A stretch of DNA of 64,000 nucleotides from Trichodelitschia bisporula (Eukaryota), in contig ML996691.1 in NCBI GenBank assembly GCA_010356995.1, positions 378,174 through 442,173 of the forward strand, in the 5' to 3' direction. This document shows, piece by piece, positions 1-11,686 of this stretch. The notes under the pieces were generated by a model. That model was not told where the DNA came from and made no database searches. It saw only the letters and a program-made list of their open reading frames with translations. The position numbers and the translations under genes were made by a program. Within the stretch, counting starts at the first letter, position 1. The number at the start of each line of letters is the position of its first letter.

Positions 1-503
1 AGCAACTTTACCCGTTCAACGTCATTGAGCCATCCACCGATGACGTCCCACGCTATGTAAGTACACCACTCTCACATACCTTTTGGATCCACTTAAGAGA
101 CGAGCAACTAACATATCATCAATAGGCTCGCGCCAACGCCATCCTCCATTCCTCAAAACGGCTTTCCCCGCACTTGCCTCCATCTCAGATTGCGCGAGAC
201 AACCCCGCTACCCGTCCCTCTATATACCCCCGGTCCGGGCCCGCAACATTCACGCTATGTGAACCCCATCGGGCTCTATATACCCACCATTCTCCCTCCG
301 CCACACGACCCGGAACGCGCACTGCTCCCACCACTGTGTATATCGAAAGCACTGGGATCGCGATCACCATCGGGCACGTAAATCGAGAAACGAACTATAC
401 CTCCTCAACAACAGCCCCGAGCCCGGCCCCCGGAAGCCGGGACATCATATATAAAAGAAGAAGCGGAGCGGTAAGGGGTGCAAGAAGAATGGAAAGGGTT
501 TGA
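1..503 (+). CDS. Possible 3' part of an unknown gene (partial at window start)
   Basis: Intron-like segment 57-125 (GTAAGT donor, ACTAAC branch, TAG acceptor) joins an open frame QLYPFNVIEPSTDDVPRY to the frame of ORF 174..503. No recognisable domain. Confidence 0.3.
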
Positions 504-2056
504 AGGGCGGCAAGGGCGGCAAGACGAAAAAGTACCTCGCTGGGAGCTGTGCTGTCTCCCTATATATACCGGCGGCGGCCAGACTTGAGCAAGCTGCCCA
601 TCCTTCCCCCGGTTATCTTCACGCTCATCCCACTCGCGTTGGCGGCCGTAGTATATTCGCCGATCGCAGGCTCTCAGCTCAAGAACCGCCAGCAGCACGT
701 GAAGACGATTGGCGGCGGGGCGGGGGGTGGTGGAGGGGATATATGCGATGAAATCCTGCTCAGGGAGCTGGGTTTGAAGCGACACTAATCTGGACAAAGG
801 GTTGGGCGTTCGCGACTGTCTAGGGTTATAGGCCGAGTTAGCATAATGAAAACGCGGTGGCGTGTTTCTCTTACCTCCGTGCTGGCAGATTTGTGACTCG
901 ATGGACGGCGGCACACTGCGCCCTCATTCAGCACTTCCGCGTACTGGAGTGGAATCCGGAGTGCATGCCGTATATAGGTAATCTCCAATTGAAGTTCAGT
1001 TCGCGTCCAAACGGCCCATTGCCACCGTTTTGCAGAGTATCTTTAGCCTCTCGATCCATCCATCCCATCCATCCCTAGCCCCGCGTATTATACACCCTCC
1101 ACATTTCCCAGCTCCACAACTTCACCACATCGCCTTTACAACTCTTATGAACGACCTTCCCTTCATCACCAGCCACTCCTCTATCAAATTCCACCGCTTC
1201 TTTACCCCAGCGGATGTGGAAGGTAAGACACAGATCTGACGATCTGACTGACTGATTGAGAAGGGCGTATTTCCCAAAGAGGAAACATAGCGTCCCCCTC
1301 CCGCCGCACATCCGCATCACCAGACCACTTTTCACCCTGCCCCCCCATCCATTATCCAAAGCCGCCCAAAAAGCACACTCGACACGCACACACCACATGT
1401 AGAATCAACAGATTTCCATACCACTCTTCCTACCTACGGATACACCCTCCCCACTCTCCTACTGACCGGTATCCAACAACCTACAAATACACCCTCTGTC
1501 AGATCATAGGCATCTGGAGTGAGGCAATCAGGCAGGGCTTTACCCGATATATGGAGTCAAGTGTTTGGCTGCATCACTGATCCCACACAACAGGTGAAAC
1601 CTTGCCTAATAGCCTCAACCCCAGATCCCACGATCTGACACCCTCCCCTCCCCCTCCCCCTCCCAAACCCCAACAAGAGCGGAAAAAATCCGAAGCACCA
1701 CATTACCCCACCCATCATTGCATCCCACCCAAGACCCAGAGACCCGGGGTATCACATGTCATCCTCTTATCATAACCACCCATCATCAAAAAACCAAAAA
1801 AAAAACCAAAAACAAGCCGCCGAGCCTTAAAGTGAATGACCAAAACACCGCGCAGAACGCAGAAGCCAAAAAGATCACCACCAGTGCGTAAAAGCATCGT
1901 CAGCCGTCATCAGTCGTAAATCCCGTAACCAGTCCGAGCCGAGCCAAGCCGGGCCATCCGGAACCCAAGCTCCCGAGACCAAAAGCAGAGTCCCAAAACC
2001 AAGGGAAAATCCACATCTAGCGATCGTGTCGCGCCCGATCTCACAGGGCTATTACA

Positions 2057-4570
2057 TCAACGCATCTCTCCCTCCCCCGTAGCAACCGCCACCAGCGCAT
2101 CCAGCCTTCTATACGCATCCGGCACCCTCGGCTCAAGCGGCCGGGGCGGGAAATGCTGCTGACCAGGGACACTGGCAGGTCCGATCGGATGCCCCATCAT
2201 CTGCACACCGCGGAGCGCGCTCTGAGGCCCGTGAGCCAGCGCAACCGCAGCCTGCATGTGCTCTCTCTCCCTCTCTCTTTCTCTCTCCATATTCCTCTCC
2301 ATATTCTTCCTTTCCAGCTCCCTCATCGCCTCCCCGAGCCGCGCCTGCTCTTCTCTCGCCCATCGTTCCCGTTCCTCCTCTTGTCGTGCCTGTTCCTGTG
2401 CTTGCACGCCGATTCCCAGCCCCACTACGGGTGGCGGGGCATACCCCTCGCGGACAAATTTCTCCCTTTCGCGCGCCTCGTCAAAGACGTGGGGCGGGGC
2501 GAGCTCGTGATGCTCGTGTGCCGGCGGTAGGCCCGTTTCAACGACGCCATTGCTGTGCATGATGGCCGGATTGATCTCGACGCTTGACGTCGACGGCGTA
2601 GGCACGCCCTCGCTACTCGAGCTCCCATCGGGGGATGGGCGGAGTTGATTCGCAAAGGGGAAGGGTTGGTGCTGCTGCGGCGCAGGTTGCACCTGCTGTT
2701 GCTGCTGCTGTTGAACCAACTGTTGCTGTTGCTGCTGCATTGATTGCTGCTGCTGTTGCTGCATCTGCAACCCAGCAGGCGACGTTCGGATCAGCGGTCC
2801 CGGCCCCCCCAAGAGGGGACCATTATACCACCCATGTCGCTTATTCCTAAGCGGCGTGCCCTCGCCATGCGGCGCCGTCATCGGCCGGGGATACTCATAG
2901 TTCGGCTCGCGCGGCGGCGTGGCGTTCGCAATATCCAGGCGCCCGAGGCCATCACGCAGATCCCAGCTGACATGTCCCTGGCGCGCGTGCGCCTCCGATG
3001 TGCCCGTTAGCGGTCTCTCAGCACCCGCGGTGGCGGGAGGCGCGGTGTCGAGTTGCATAGGCGACGGGGCGCGGCGCGGCAGCGCGGGCTGGACGTAGTC
3101 GAAAGATTCGATGCCAGGGAGGCGCATGGGCGCTTGTGCTTGTTGCACCTGAGATATCTGAGGTGGCTGAGGAAAGAGTGGCCGCGGCGAGTCCGGTGTG
3201 TGGTAAGCTGGCAGGCCTCCGCCAGGCTGGCGTAGGAGGCCAGTGTGCGTACCTGGGTGCCAGGTGCGGCGGCGCCAGTCATCGGGCGCAGTGGAGGCCG
3301 TGGAGTCGCGGCGAGAGTGGTGTTGAGAAGGGGAGTAGTATGATGGAGGAGCGGGACTCATTAAACTGGACCCCCCTGTCGGCGCCTGACTTAAATGCGG
3401 CGGCAGAGGGCTACCTCCCGGAATCCAGGCGCCAGCCGACGGCACTGAGAGACGTCGTCCCGGCGTACGCGTGTCCCAAGTAACAGAGCGCGGGATGGAT
3501 GCTGGGCTTTGCAGACCGCTTGAAAAGCGCGGACTGCCCGTGCCGGCGGAAAAGGTGGCCGATGTCGGCGTGCTGTACCCGCTAGGCGAGTGGCCTCCTA
3601 CCGTGTAATAGGCCTGCGGGCCACCAGGACTGCTCGTCACGCCGGTGTTGTACGTATCGACACTGAGCATGGCGCGCTGTGCTTCGGCAGACATGCCAGG
3701 ATTCGAGCGGCGGTAGTTATCGGGTATGGGGCCGGAGCGGCGGTATTCGTCACCAGCGATGCTTGACGTAGTCGTCGACACAGAAGTGATACTGCTCGTG
3801 GACAGGTTGCGCGCATGCCCGCGCGCATGGCCATGGCCTCCCTGGCTGCCGAGCGTTGACGAGCGGGCTCGTCCGGGAGGCGCACGGACCCGCTCGGTTC
3901 GGATCTGGCGTTGGAAGCGGGTGTGGGTAGCGGCTAACGAGTCACCGGGGATGTCCTCGTTGACGTGCACTGTCTGGGCGTGCTGGCGCAGGTTGTCGAG
4001 GCGCGAGAAGCGGCGCGAGCAATGGCACTGGAAAGGACGCTCGCCCGTGTGTTTTCTTAGACCGTCAGCTTACTCCACCGACGCAAAACTGACAAAGACA
4101 TACCGAATGTGACGCGCGAGATGTTCGCTGCGGGTAAAGCTCAGACTGCAGGGCGGGTAGTCTGTGCAAAAGAAACGCTGGCCCTTCTTTTTCTTCGACG
4201 GCCGCGTTGAATCGCTCTGCACGCTCTCGCCGTCCGACCCTCCACCCTCGTGCTCATCCTCCATCTTGACATCCATACTGGAGTCCATGGACTTGGACGA
4301 GCGATGCGAGCCCTGGCGTCGCACGGTGCGGCCCGACATTTTGCTGTCGGAGCGGGCGAGCGGTGGAGTAGAAGTGTTGGTGTAGGGTGCGGGCGGCAGC
4401 GGACGCTGTCCGGGAATGCCGGCGAAGCTATCCTTTGTCGGGGTCTTAGCAGCGGCATCGTCGCTATCGAAAAAGCGGTTCGGTTTCGGGGTTGTCGGTG
4501 TGGCGTCGTCGGCTAGGCGCGGAGGGTCCGGCACCGACAAGGTCGTGTTGACGGCGCAAAAGGCCGACAT
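2057..4570 (-). CDS. nsdC: C2H2 zinc-finger transcription factor, NsdC (Usv1/Rgm1-like)
   Basis: ORFs 4070..4570 and 2057..3970 joined by intron 4103-4056 (GTATGT...GCTGAC...AAG) give [53 protein letters not shown], the NsdC tandem C2H2 signature, followed by a long low-complexity tail with polyQ. Confidence 0.88.
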
Positions 4571-4605
4571 TTTGAGGGTCTAGCTCGATTGATAGTGCGC
4601 GTGCG

Positions 4606-4740
4606 CAGTGTGAAGCTGAGCTGTCTTCGTTGTTAGGTGTGCGCTGCGACGGCAGAATGCATGTGGTATGGACACAGTGTGAAAAGCTGAGCTGTGTTCG
4701 TCGTTAGTTTTGCGCCGCAGCGGTAGAATGCATGCGGTAG
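4606..4740. repeat. Tandem duplication of ~69 bp in the nsdC 5' leader
   Basis: CAGTGTGAA(AA)GCTGAGCTGT..TCGT.GTTAG....GCGC.GC..CGG.AGAATGCATG.GGTA occurs at 4606 and 4675. Confidence 0.85.
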
Positions 4741-7316
4741 GTGGTGCGCAGGCCCAGGACGCGGATGATGATGAGGGAGAGGTTGTGCGAGAGCTCCGAG
4801 GGGTGCGATAAGAGTAAAAAGGTAGAGAATGATGTCGCCACCTAGAAGCGGTTTGCAAGCCGGGGTAGGTTTGCTAGAAGTAGAGAGGAGGGCAGTGATG
4901 AAAGGTGGGGGCGAAGTGCAGATGAGGCTGCAGCCGATCGGCGCACGGTGAATTTTGGGACAGAGGTGCGCGATGGTGGGTTGATAGTGACGGCGATGGT
5001 GGTGGTTGATGATGATGATGGGGGGAGACGAGGGGAAAGTAAGAGAGAGAGGAGAAGAGACAAGACAAGAGAACGAGACGAGTGGAAAAGGATGCACCGC
5101 CTGACTTTGACTAGAGTGCCAGGAGTGTCCCGAGGTGCAGCGATGGCGACCTTGGCGGATGACTTGCGCCTTTCAGGTCCAGGAACAGGAACGGGGGTGG
5201 GTGGTGAAGGATTCGGGGATAGGTAGACAAGCCCCGAGTGCAGGAAGCTGGGTGGTTGGTGTTGGTTGTGGGGTTGTGGGTGGTGGGGTGGAGGGGTGGA
5301 GGGGTGGAGGGGTGTACTGGAGGGATTGGTGGGGCTGAGGGAAAGAGGAAAGGAATGAGGGGAGAAAAGAGTAGGGGAAGAGAGCGGAGATAGAGGGTTA
5401 GGGTGGAGAGGAGAGGAGAGGAATGAAGAAAGCGAGGAGGCCGGAGCGGAGCGGAGCGGAGAGGAGCGGAGATGAAGGAGAGGAGGAGGATGATGATGAG
5501 AGGCAGAGTGAGAGGAACAGGAAAAGGGCGGGGCGGAGAGGGAGGAGAGACACGAATGGTGAGCGAGTCGAGTGTCAGAGCCTCAGGCCAGAGAGGACGG
5601 TGGTGGAGGGGTGAGGGAAGGAAGGATGGAGGGGGCAAGGCACCTCGTATTCTAGCGTCGTGTTGGCGTTGCAAAGCGGAAGAGAAAGAAGAGAAAGTCG
5701 TTCGAGTCAAGCAAGACAGCTGGAGACACAAGCGGCGAAGGACTATCTTGATGACAGCGTCAACGGTCGAGATAGAGAGAAGAGGCTGGTTGAGGGGGAG
5801 TGGATGTCGAGAGTCGATATGAAAGCGATACGATGAGAGAGGCTGGGGAGAGTGGGGTAGAGATGGAAGCGAAATGGAGAACGAAGGGGTCCAGGACAGG
5901 GTGTGCAGGACGTGGGTTGTGGGATAGAAAAGTCGGGTGGGTCGGGTCCCTTCTGTCTGCTGTGTGTCTGTCGTGTATCTCCCTGTGTGCGTTTGAGAGA
6001 GCGAGGAGATAGTGTGTGTGTGAGAGAGAGGTGAGAATGCGATGGATGAGGGCGAGGGGCTGGTAGGACGGCAGGAAACCAGCTATTCCAGAATATCGGT
6101 GCGATGCGGCGTCGACGCGCAATGCGATGCGATGCTGATGGCTTCGAGCACGCCCTCTGATCCGTTCTTGTCTGCTGCAACCCACCAGTCGGAGGATATG
6201 CAGAGAAAAAGTGAGGCCAAAGCAAGGAAAAGCGAACACCAGCAGGGAGTCAATCAAAAAGAGCCTCTCTCCCCTCCTCTTCTTTCCCTTCGTCCTCGAG
6301 TCGAGGCAGTCTCACCACACCACACCACAGTAGCCTCCTTACCACCACAACCCACAAGAACGGAATGTCCACCCACCACCACGAATTCGTCAGCAGCCAA
6401 ACACCAAATCCCCTCGCACGCCTTGTGCCTGTCCTGCTCCTGTCCAGCTGCCAGCTGCCAGACTAGCCTAGCCTTGCAGCCACCCCAGCCGCAGGTCACT
6501 GAACGACTTTCACCGAGCCGAGCCAGGCCCTCCCCTCCTTCACAAAGGTACCGCGCCGCGAGTGCACGAATAGGCGAGGCCCGCGCAAGCAGCACGCCTT
6601 GTGCGGGTGCAGGCTGGTGCAAGCGCGTGCAGTGCGTTGCAGCGGCGGCAAGCAAGGCGCGCGCGGCGTTCGAAGCAGCCTGCAGATCAGCCCGTGGGAC
6701 AGGCGGGCAGCGCGGGTAAGCGGGAGGAAAAGAAGCGTCGGAATAAAAGTCGTAGTTCGAGGATCACCCCAACCAGCAACCGTTGACAATGTCTGGAATC
6801 GCGATGGGAAACCGATCGGGAAACGGAGGGAGAAAAGGGAAACAAACCAAACGCATCCCACATCCGCGACCCCGCTTCCTCCTGCTCTTAAAAAAGATGA
6901 GATGCCCCCCCCCATTCACCACCCATCCAAACAAAACACCACCATCCAACCCGCGACGCAATATTCACGCCTTCAAAGACTCCCCCTTTCCCCTCTCCCC
7001 GCAGATACAGCCCCTCCCGCCATGGCCAAAACACACGCAGCACAGAGTAAACATGCGCACGAGATCTGGTGTTCGGGGTAGATGAGCGCGCTGCCAAATA
7101 TTGCTATATAGCCGTCCATAGCATGTGCGGGGATAGTAGGTCATCGGCGCATCGCGGAACATCTTTCGCCGACCCGATCTCTAGCTTCCATCACCTTGCC
7201 CTCATTCTCCCCTTGATCTGTTAACTTGCACGCCGGCCGAATTATGCGCTGGATAGAAAGTTAACCATGACGAGGCGTCGGCGCGCCATCAAGCCATGCC
7301 GTGCGGGGCGGGAGCT

Positions 7317-7384
7317 CTTGTCGATAACAGCATATCGATAGACTTGTCGATAGGATCGCATCGATACCGGCACCTTGTCGATAA
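7317..7384. promoter_or_regulatory. Cluster of TCGATA motifs (CTTGTCGATA x3), candidate GATA-type binding sites
   Basis: Five TCGATA within 68 bp; four fit HGATAR. Confidence 0.4.
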
Positions 7385-8259
7385 GCCCCGCCCCCGCGCC
7401 ACGAGCCTGGGCGCGCGGCACATCTTCACATCCGATCCCACCACCCCACAGCCACTACGTAATAAAGCCAACCACCACTACAACCACCAACCCCACCGAC
7501 GAAACGCCCACTTCTCGAGTCTCAACCCAAACAGGAACGTGCTCTATCAATCTAGAAACAAAACTCTGTACAACACCTCCCAACACCCCAGTGATAATCC
7601 CAACCCCCGCCTTCGCCAGGCAACCACCCAGGGCCAGGCACTCCACCCCACCCCTCGTCAGCCCTGCCCTAAACCCCTGCCCTGCCCTGCCACAACGGCA
7701 CGCACGCCCGTCGCACCTCACATGCCGCACCCGCTCCTTCCCCAAAACCACCCAAGGGGCACCAGGACTCATCGAAAAAGTCATGCCGTCCCGGTGACTA
7801 GCCCTCTCCTAAATCTCAGCGCGTCGGCGGCACAACTTTCCCAGCCCGCCCTTAGGCCCCGCGAACACCACGAGCACCGACTTTAGGGCAAAAGCGTTCC
7901 CAGCAGAAGAACCTGCCCTGGCATGCCCCATCTCTACCTAAGCTCAACCGGGCAGGCTGCATGACACAGGGCGCCGGGGCTGGGGCTGCGAGTGCGGCAC
8001 AGGTCCGCGTACGTGTATTTATGGTTAACATGCGGAGGGGAAGGGGGAAGGAACGGCGATGCATGCGCGTTCCGAGCACATGCGGCGCTTGCGCTGGGCG
8101 CCGATGCGCTGATGTGCAGAGTGGGAAAGTGCTGCGGTGTGGCGCGTGTGGCGGTGGTGATTGGGATAGGGTGCTTATGTCAGCGGTGACTGGCAGGAAC
8201 GACGTCGGGCGACGTCAGGCGACGCCGCGCGTGAGATGGAAGACAGATGGTGGGGAAGT

Positions 8260-11200
8260 GCTTGGAAGGTTAGAGCTCATGTCCCGAGTACGGCCGGCTT
8301 CTCCCCCCACCCTATTCCGATCGGGAGCTGACCGAGCAGAGCACGGTAAAGCCGATAAGGCTGCCAAGACGGGCTCCCGATAACGTACCTCGCTCGGCTG
8401 GGTCCTGGGTCACTCATTTGCGGACAATTGAGGGGTGTCTAACCTTCCAAGTACGTTCGGCTGATGGGGGGGGGGGTTGCTGGACAGATCTACATCTGGC
8501 GATTCGGGCAAGGTGATTCCCAACGCAAGAAAGGCGGCGGTGCTGATGGTACAGCGCTCCGAAGGTTAGGGTAGAGTTTATGTCTCGAGTACGTTCGGAT
8601 TCTCCCTCCTGTAGACCGGGAGCGGACCGAGGAGATTGAAGGGTGCTGATTGGGTGGCCAAGAAAAACATAAAACACCGCACCTCGCTGGAGCTGTACCT
8701 GTGTCCCCTTTTGCGCGCCTTTTTTGAGGGTGTCTAACCTTCCACCTCGGCAAGGCTGATGAAGGGGTACGTTGGATAGAGCTATATCTGGCGATTCACG
8801 CAAGGTGCTTCATAACGCTAGAAAGGCCGTGGTGCTGGTGCTATTGCGTGAGGAAGTTGGGAGTTCATGTCCAAAGTACGGCTGGATATATCCCCTCACT
8901 CGTCACCGGGCGCGGACCGCGCAGAGCTCAGGGATGCTGATTGGCTGGCCAAGAAGAAGACTCGAACACGCACCTCGCTGGAGCTGCACCTATGTCTCCC
9001 TTTTCCGAATAATTCGGAGGGTGTTTAACGAACCACGTTCGTTTGACTGATGAAGGGGTGCGCTGCATAGATCTGCATCTGGCGATTCTGGCAAGGTAGT
9101 TCACGAAGCTGGAAAGGTCGCGGTGCTGGTGCTGTAACGTAAATAAGTTCATGGCTCACGTCCTGAGCACAAATGGGCGAGAGCCAGCGGAGCAGGGCGA
9201 TGCCGGCCAGGCCGCTGAGAAGACACTCCCGAAAGCGCACCTCGCCCAAGCCCCGTCCTGTCCCCTCAAGTGTGGGGAAGTTTGGAGCGTGACTAACTAC
9301 CGCGTTCATCGTACGCCGAACGCGGATGAGATGAGAATGAGATAGGTGGGGGGAGGTGTGCGGCTAGCATCCCCCCCTCTTTTTTATATCGAGGAGGAGT
9401 GACCAACCTTCAATGTTCGTTGGCATTTTGAAGCGGTGGGATTTGTAGAGGAGTATCTGGCGATTTAGGAAAGACGGCTCACAGCATTTGTAAAGCCGAG
9501 ATGGTAGAGTTATTGATCTGAAAGCTGGTGGTTGTATGCAGAATGAGGTTGGGATGAGAATGGGGTGTGCGGCTAGCAACCCTTCATATTTCTTTAGCAA
9601 AGGAAGCATGACTGACCTTCCACCTCCGATAGAATCGAAAAGTAGTTGATTAGATAGAGAAGCAGCTAGGGATTTGGGAAAGATCGTTCATAAGATTTGT
9701 AAAGCTGCGTACGGCGCGGAAAGGGGATGGGGGAGGGAGGAGGATATGCGGCTAGCAACACTATGTTTCTTCGGCAAAGGAAGCATGAAAAACCTTCCAC
9801 CTCCGATAGGATTAAGAAGTGGTTCATCAGATAGAGGAGCATCTGGGGATTTCAAAGAAGATCGTTCATAACATTTGTAAAGCTGCGTGCGGTGCGGAAA
9901 GGGGATGGGGGAGGGAGGGAGGTTTGCGGCTAGCAACCCCTCTATGTTTGCTAGGCGAAGGGAGCATGACCAGCCTACCACCTCCGATAGGATCTAAAAG
10001 TACATGATTAGATATAGCATCATCTGGGGATTTAGGGAAGGTTGTTCATAACATTTGTAAAGCTGCATGCGGCGCGGAAGTGGGGGGTGGGGAAGGGGGG
10101 TATGCGGCTAGCAACCCCTCTATATTTCTTCGGCAAAGAAAGCATGACCAACCTATCACCTCCGATAGGATCTAAAAGTATATGATTAGATAGAAGAAAA
10201 TCTCGGGATTCAGAGAAGGGAGCTCATACGATTTGTAAATGCGAGATGGTGGAGATACAGGCCTTGAGAGTTGGGGGTTGTGTGCCGAACAAAGTTGGGA
10301 CGAGAGTATGAAGAAGAACGGGGGAGGAAGTGTGCGGCTAGCAAACCATCTATGTTTGCGCATAAATGAGCCGTGACTAACCTTCTACCTCCGGCAGGAT
10401 AAAGAAGTGGTGGATTCGATAGAGGAGCGTCTGGCGGTTCAGGAAAAACAGTTCATGACATTTGTAAAGCCGAAATGGTGGTGTTACGGGCTCAGAAAGC
10501 GAGAGCATGTCTTCCAAAAGAATCTGGGATGAGAAGGGGGTGTAGATCTAGCAATTCCTCTGCACTTAAGGACAAAAAATGCATTACCAGCCTTCCACCT
10601 CCGCCAGACAAAAGAAGCGGTAGAGGGGATAGAACAGAGCTTAACGAAGCCGGCGAGGTAGTTCACAACGTTTATAAAGTTGAAATGGTGAAGATATTGA
10701 CCCGGAAAGATGGGGGCTGTATGTCTAACGAGGTCAGGACGAGAAAGGGGTGTGCGTCTAGCAACATCCATATACTTATGGATAAAAAAATGCATGACTA
10801 CTCTTCCACCTCCGGCGGGCTAAAAAATTAGGCGACGACGTAAAACAGAGCCCGGCGATGCCTACCGGGTAGTTCACAAGCTTCTTAAAGCTGAGATGGT
10901 GGAGTTATTGAGTCGGGAAGCTGGCAGTTGTCTTCCAAAGGGGGTTGGGACAAAAAGGGGGTGTAGATCTAGCAACTCCTCTATACTTACGGATAAAAAA
11001 AGGCGTGACTAACTTTCACCTCCGCCGGAATAAAGAAGCGGCTCAAGGTGTAGAGTAGAGCCTCCTGATGCCGGCAAGATGTATCTCGAAGTTAATAAAG
11101 TCGAGATGGTAAAGCTACGGACCAGGGAAGTTAGAGTTTGTCTTACAGAGGAGGTTAGCACAAGAAGGGGGTGTGCGGCTTGGTATTTCTCCATGCTTAC

Positions 11201-11400
11201 GGATAAAAAAATGCGTGACCAACCTTCGACCTCCGATAGAAATAAGAAGTGGCGGAATAGATAGAGCAGAACCTGACGATGCCGAGGAGCTTGTTCCCAA
11301 GGTTCAAACGTCGAGATGTTGAAGATATAGACCTGCAAAGTTGGAGCTTCCACTCCCAAGGAGGTTAAGACGGGAAGGCTTGCCGACCTTCATCGATACG
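8260..11400 (+). repeat. Degenerate tandem repeat array (~14 units of ~293, ~179 and ~210 bp); possibly a decayed repeat-exon gene
   Basis: Anchor AACCTTCCACCTCCG-like motif recurs near 8441, 8736, 9028, 9293, 9403, 9614, 9791, 9971, 10149, 10378, 10588, 10799, 11010 and 11220. Shared ATCTGGCGATT, GTTCA.AAC.TTT.TAAAG and GCGGCTAGCAAC blocks. Confidence 0.9.
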
Positions 11401-11598
11401 AAGGAGCCCTGCTCGGCAAAAATAGATGTCCACGAATACTGGAAACAAGATCCCAAGGCTGACAAGTCCACGGTGATAAGGGTGTGGCTCCAGAATACCT
11501 TAGCGCCAGAATCCCAGGCTTGGTCGCAGACAAGCGGAGCCATCAGCAAAAAAAAACAGGTCCAGGGTCTATCCAGGCAAAAAGAGAGATTTCCCTCA

Positions 11599-11686
11599 TG
11601 ACCGCGGCAGGTCTCGAACCTGCAATCTCCTGATTACAACCCGAAGGAAATCGTAGTCAGACGCCTTACCATTAGGCCACGCGGCC
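11599..11686 (-). tRNA. tRNA-Arg(ACG) with 16-nt intron
   Basis: GGCCGCG acceptor stem, D arm GCCTAATGGTAAGGC, anticodon arm TCTGA-CTACGA[intron]A-TCAGG, T arm GCAGG-TTCGAGA-CCTGC, downstream T5 terminator. Confidence 0.95.

Noticed and set aside
2680..2770. CAG-type repeat
   Set aside because: Explained as the polyQ tract within NsdC.
8260..11400. CRISPR array or satellite linked to a nuclease/transposase
   Set aside because: The inter-motif segments are homologous to each other rather than unique spacers, motifs are degenerate, the context is eukaryotic, and no Cas, TnpB/Fanzor or transposase ORF is visible in the window.
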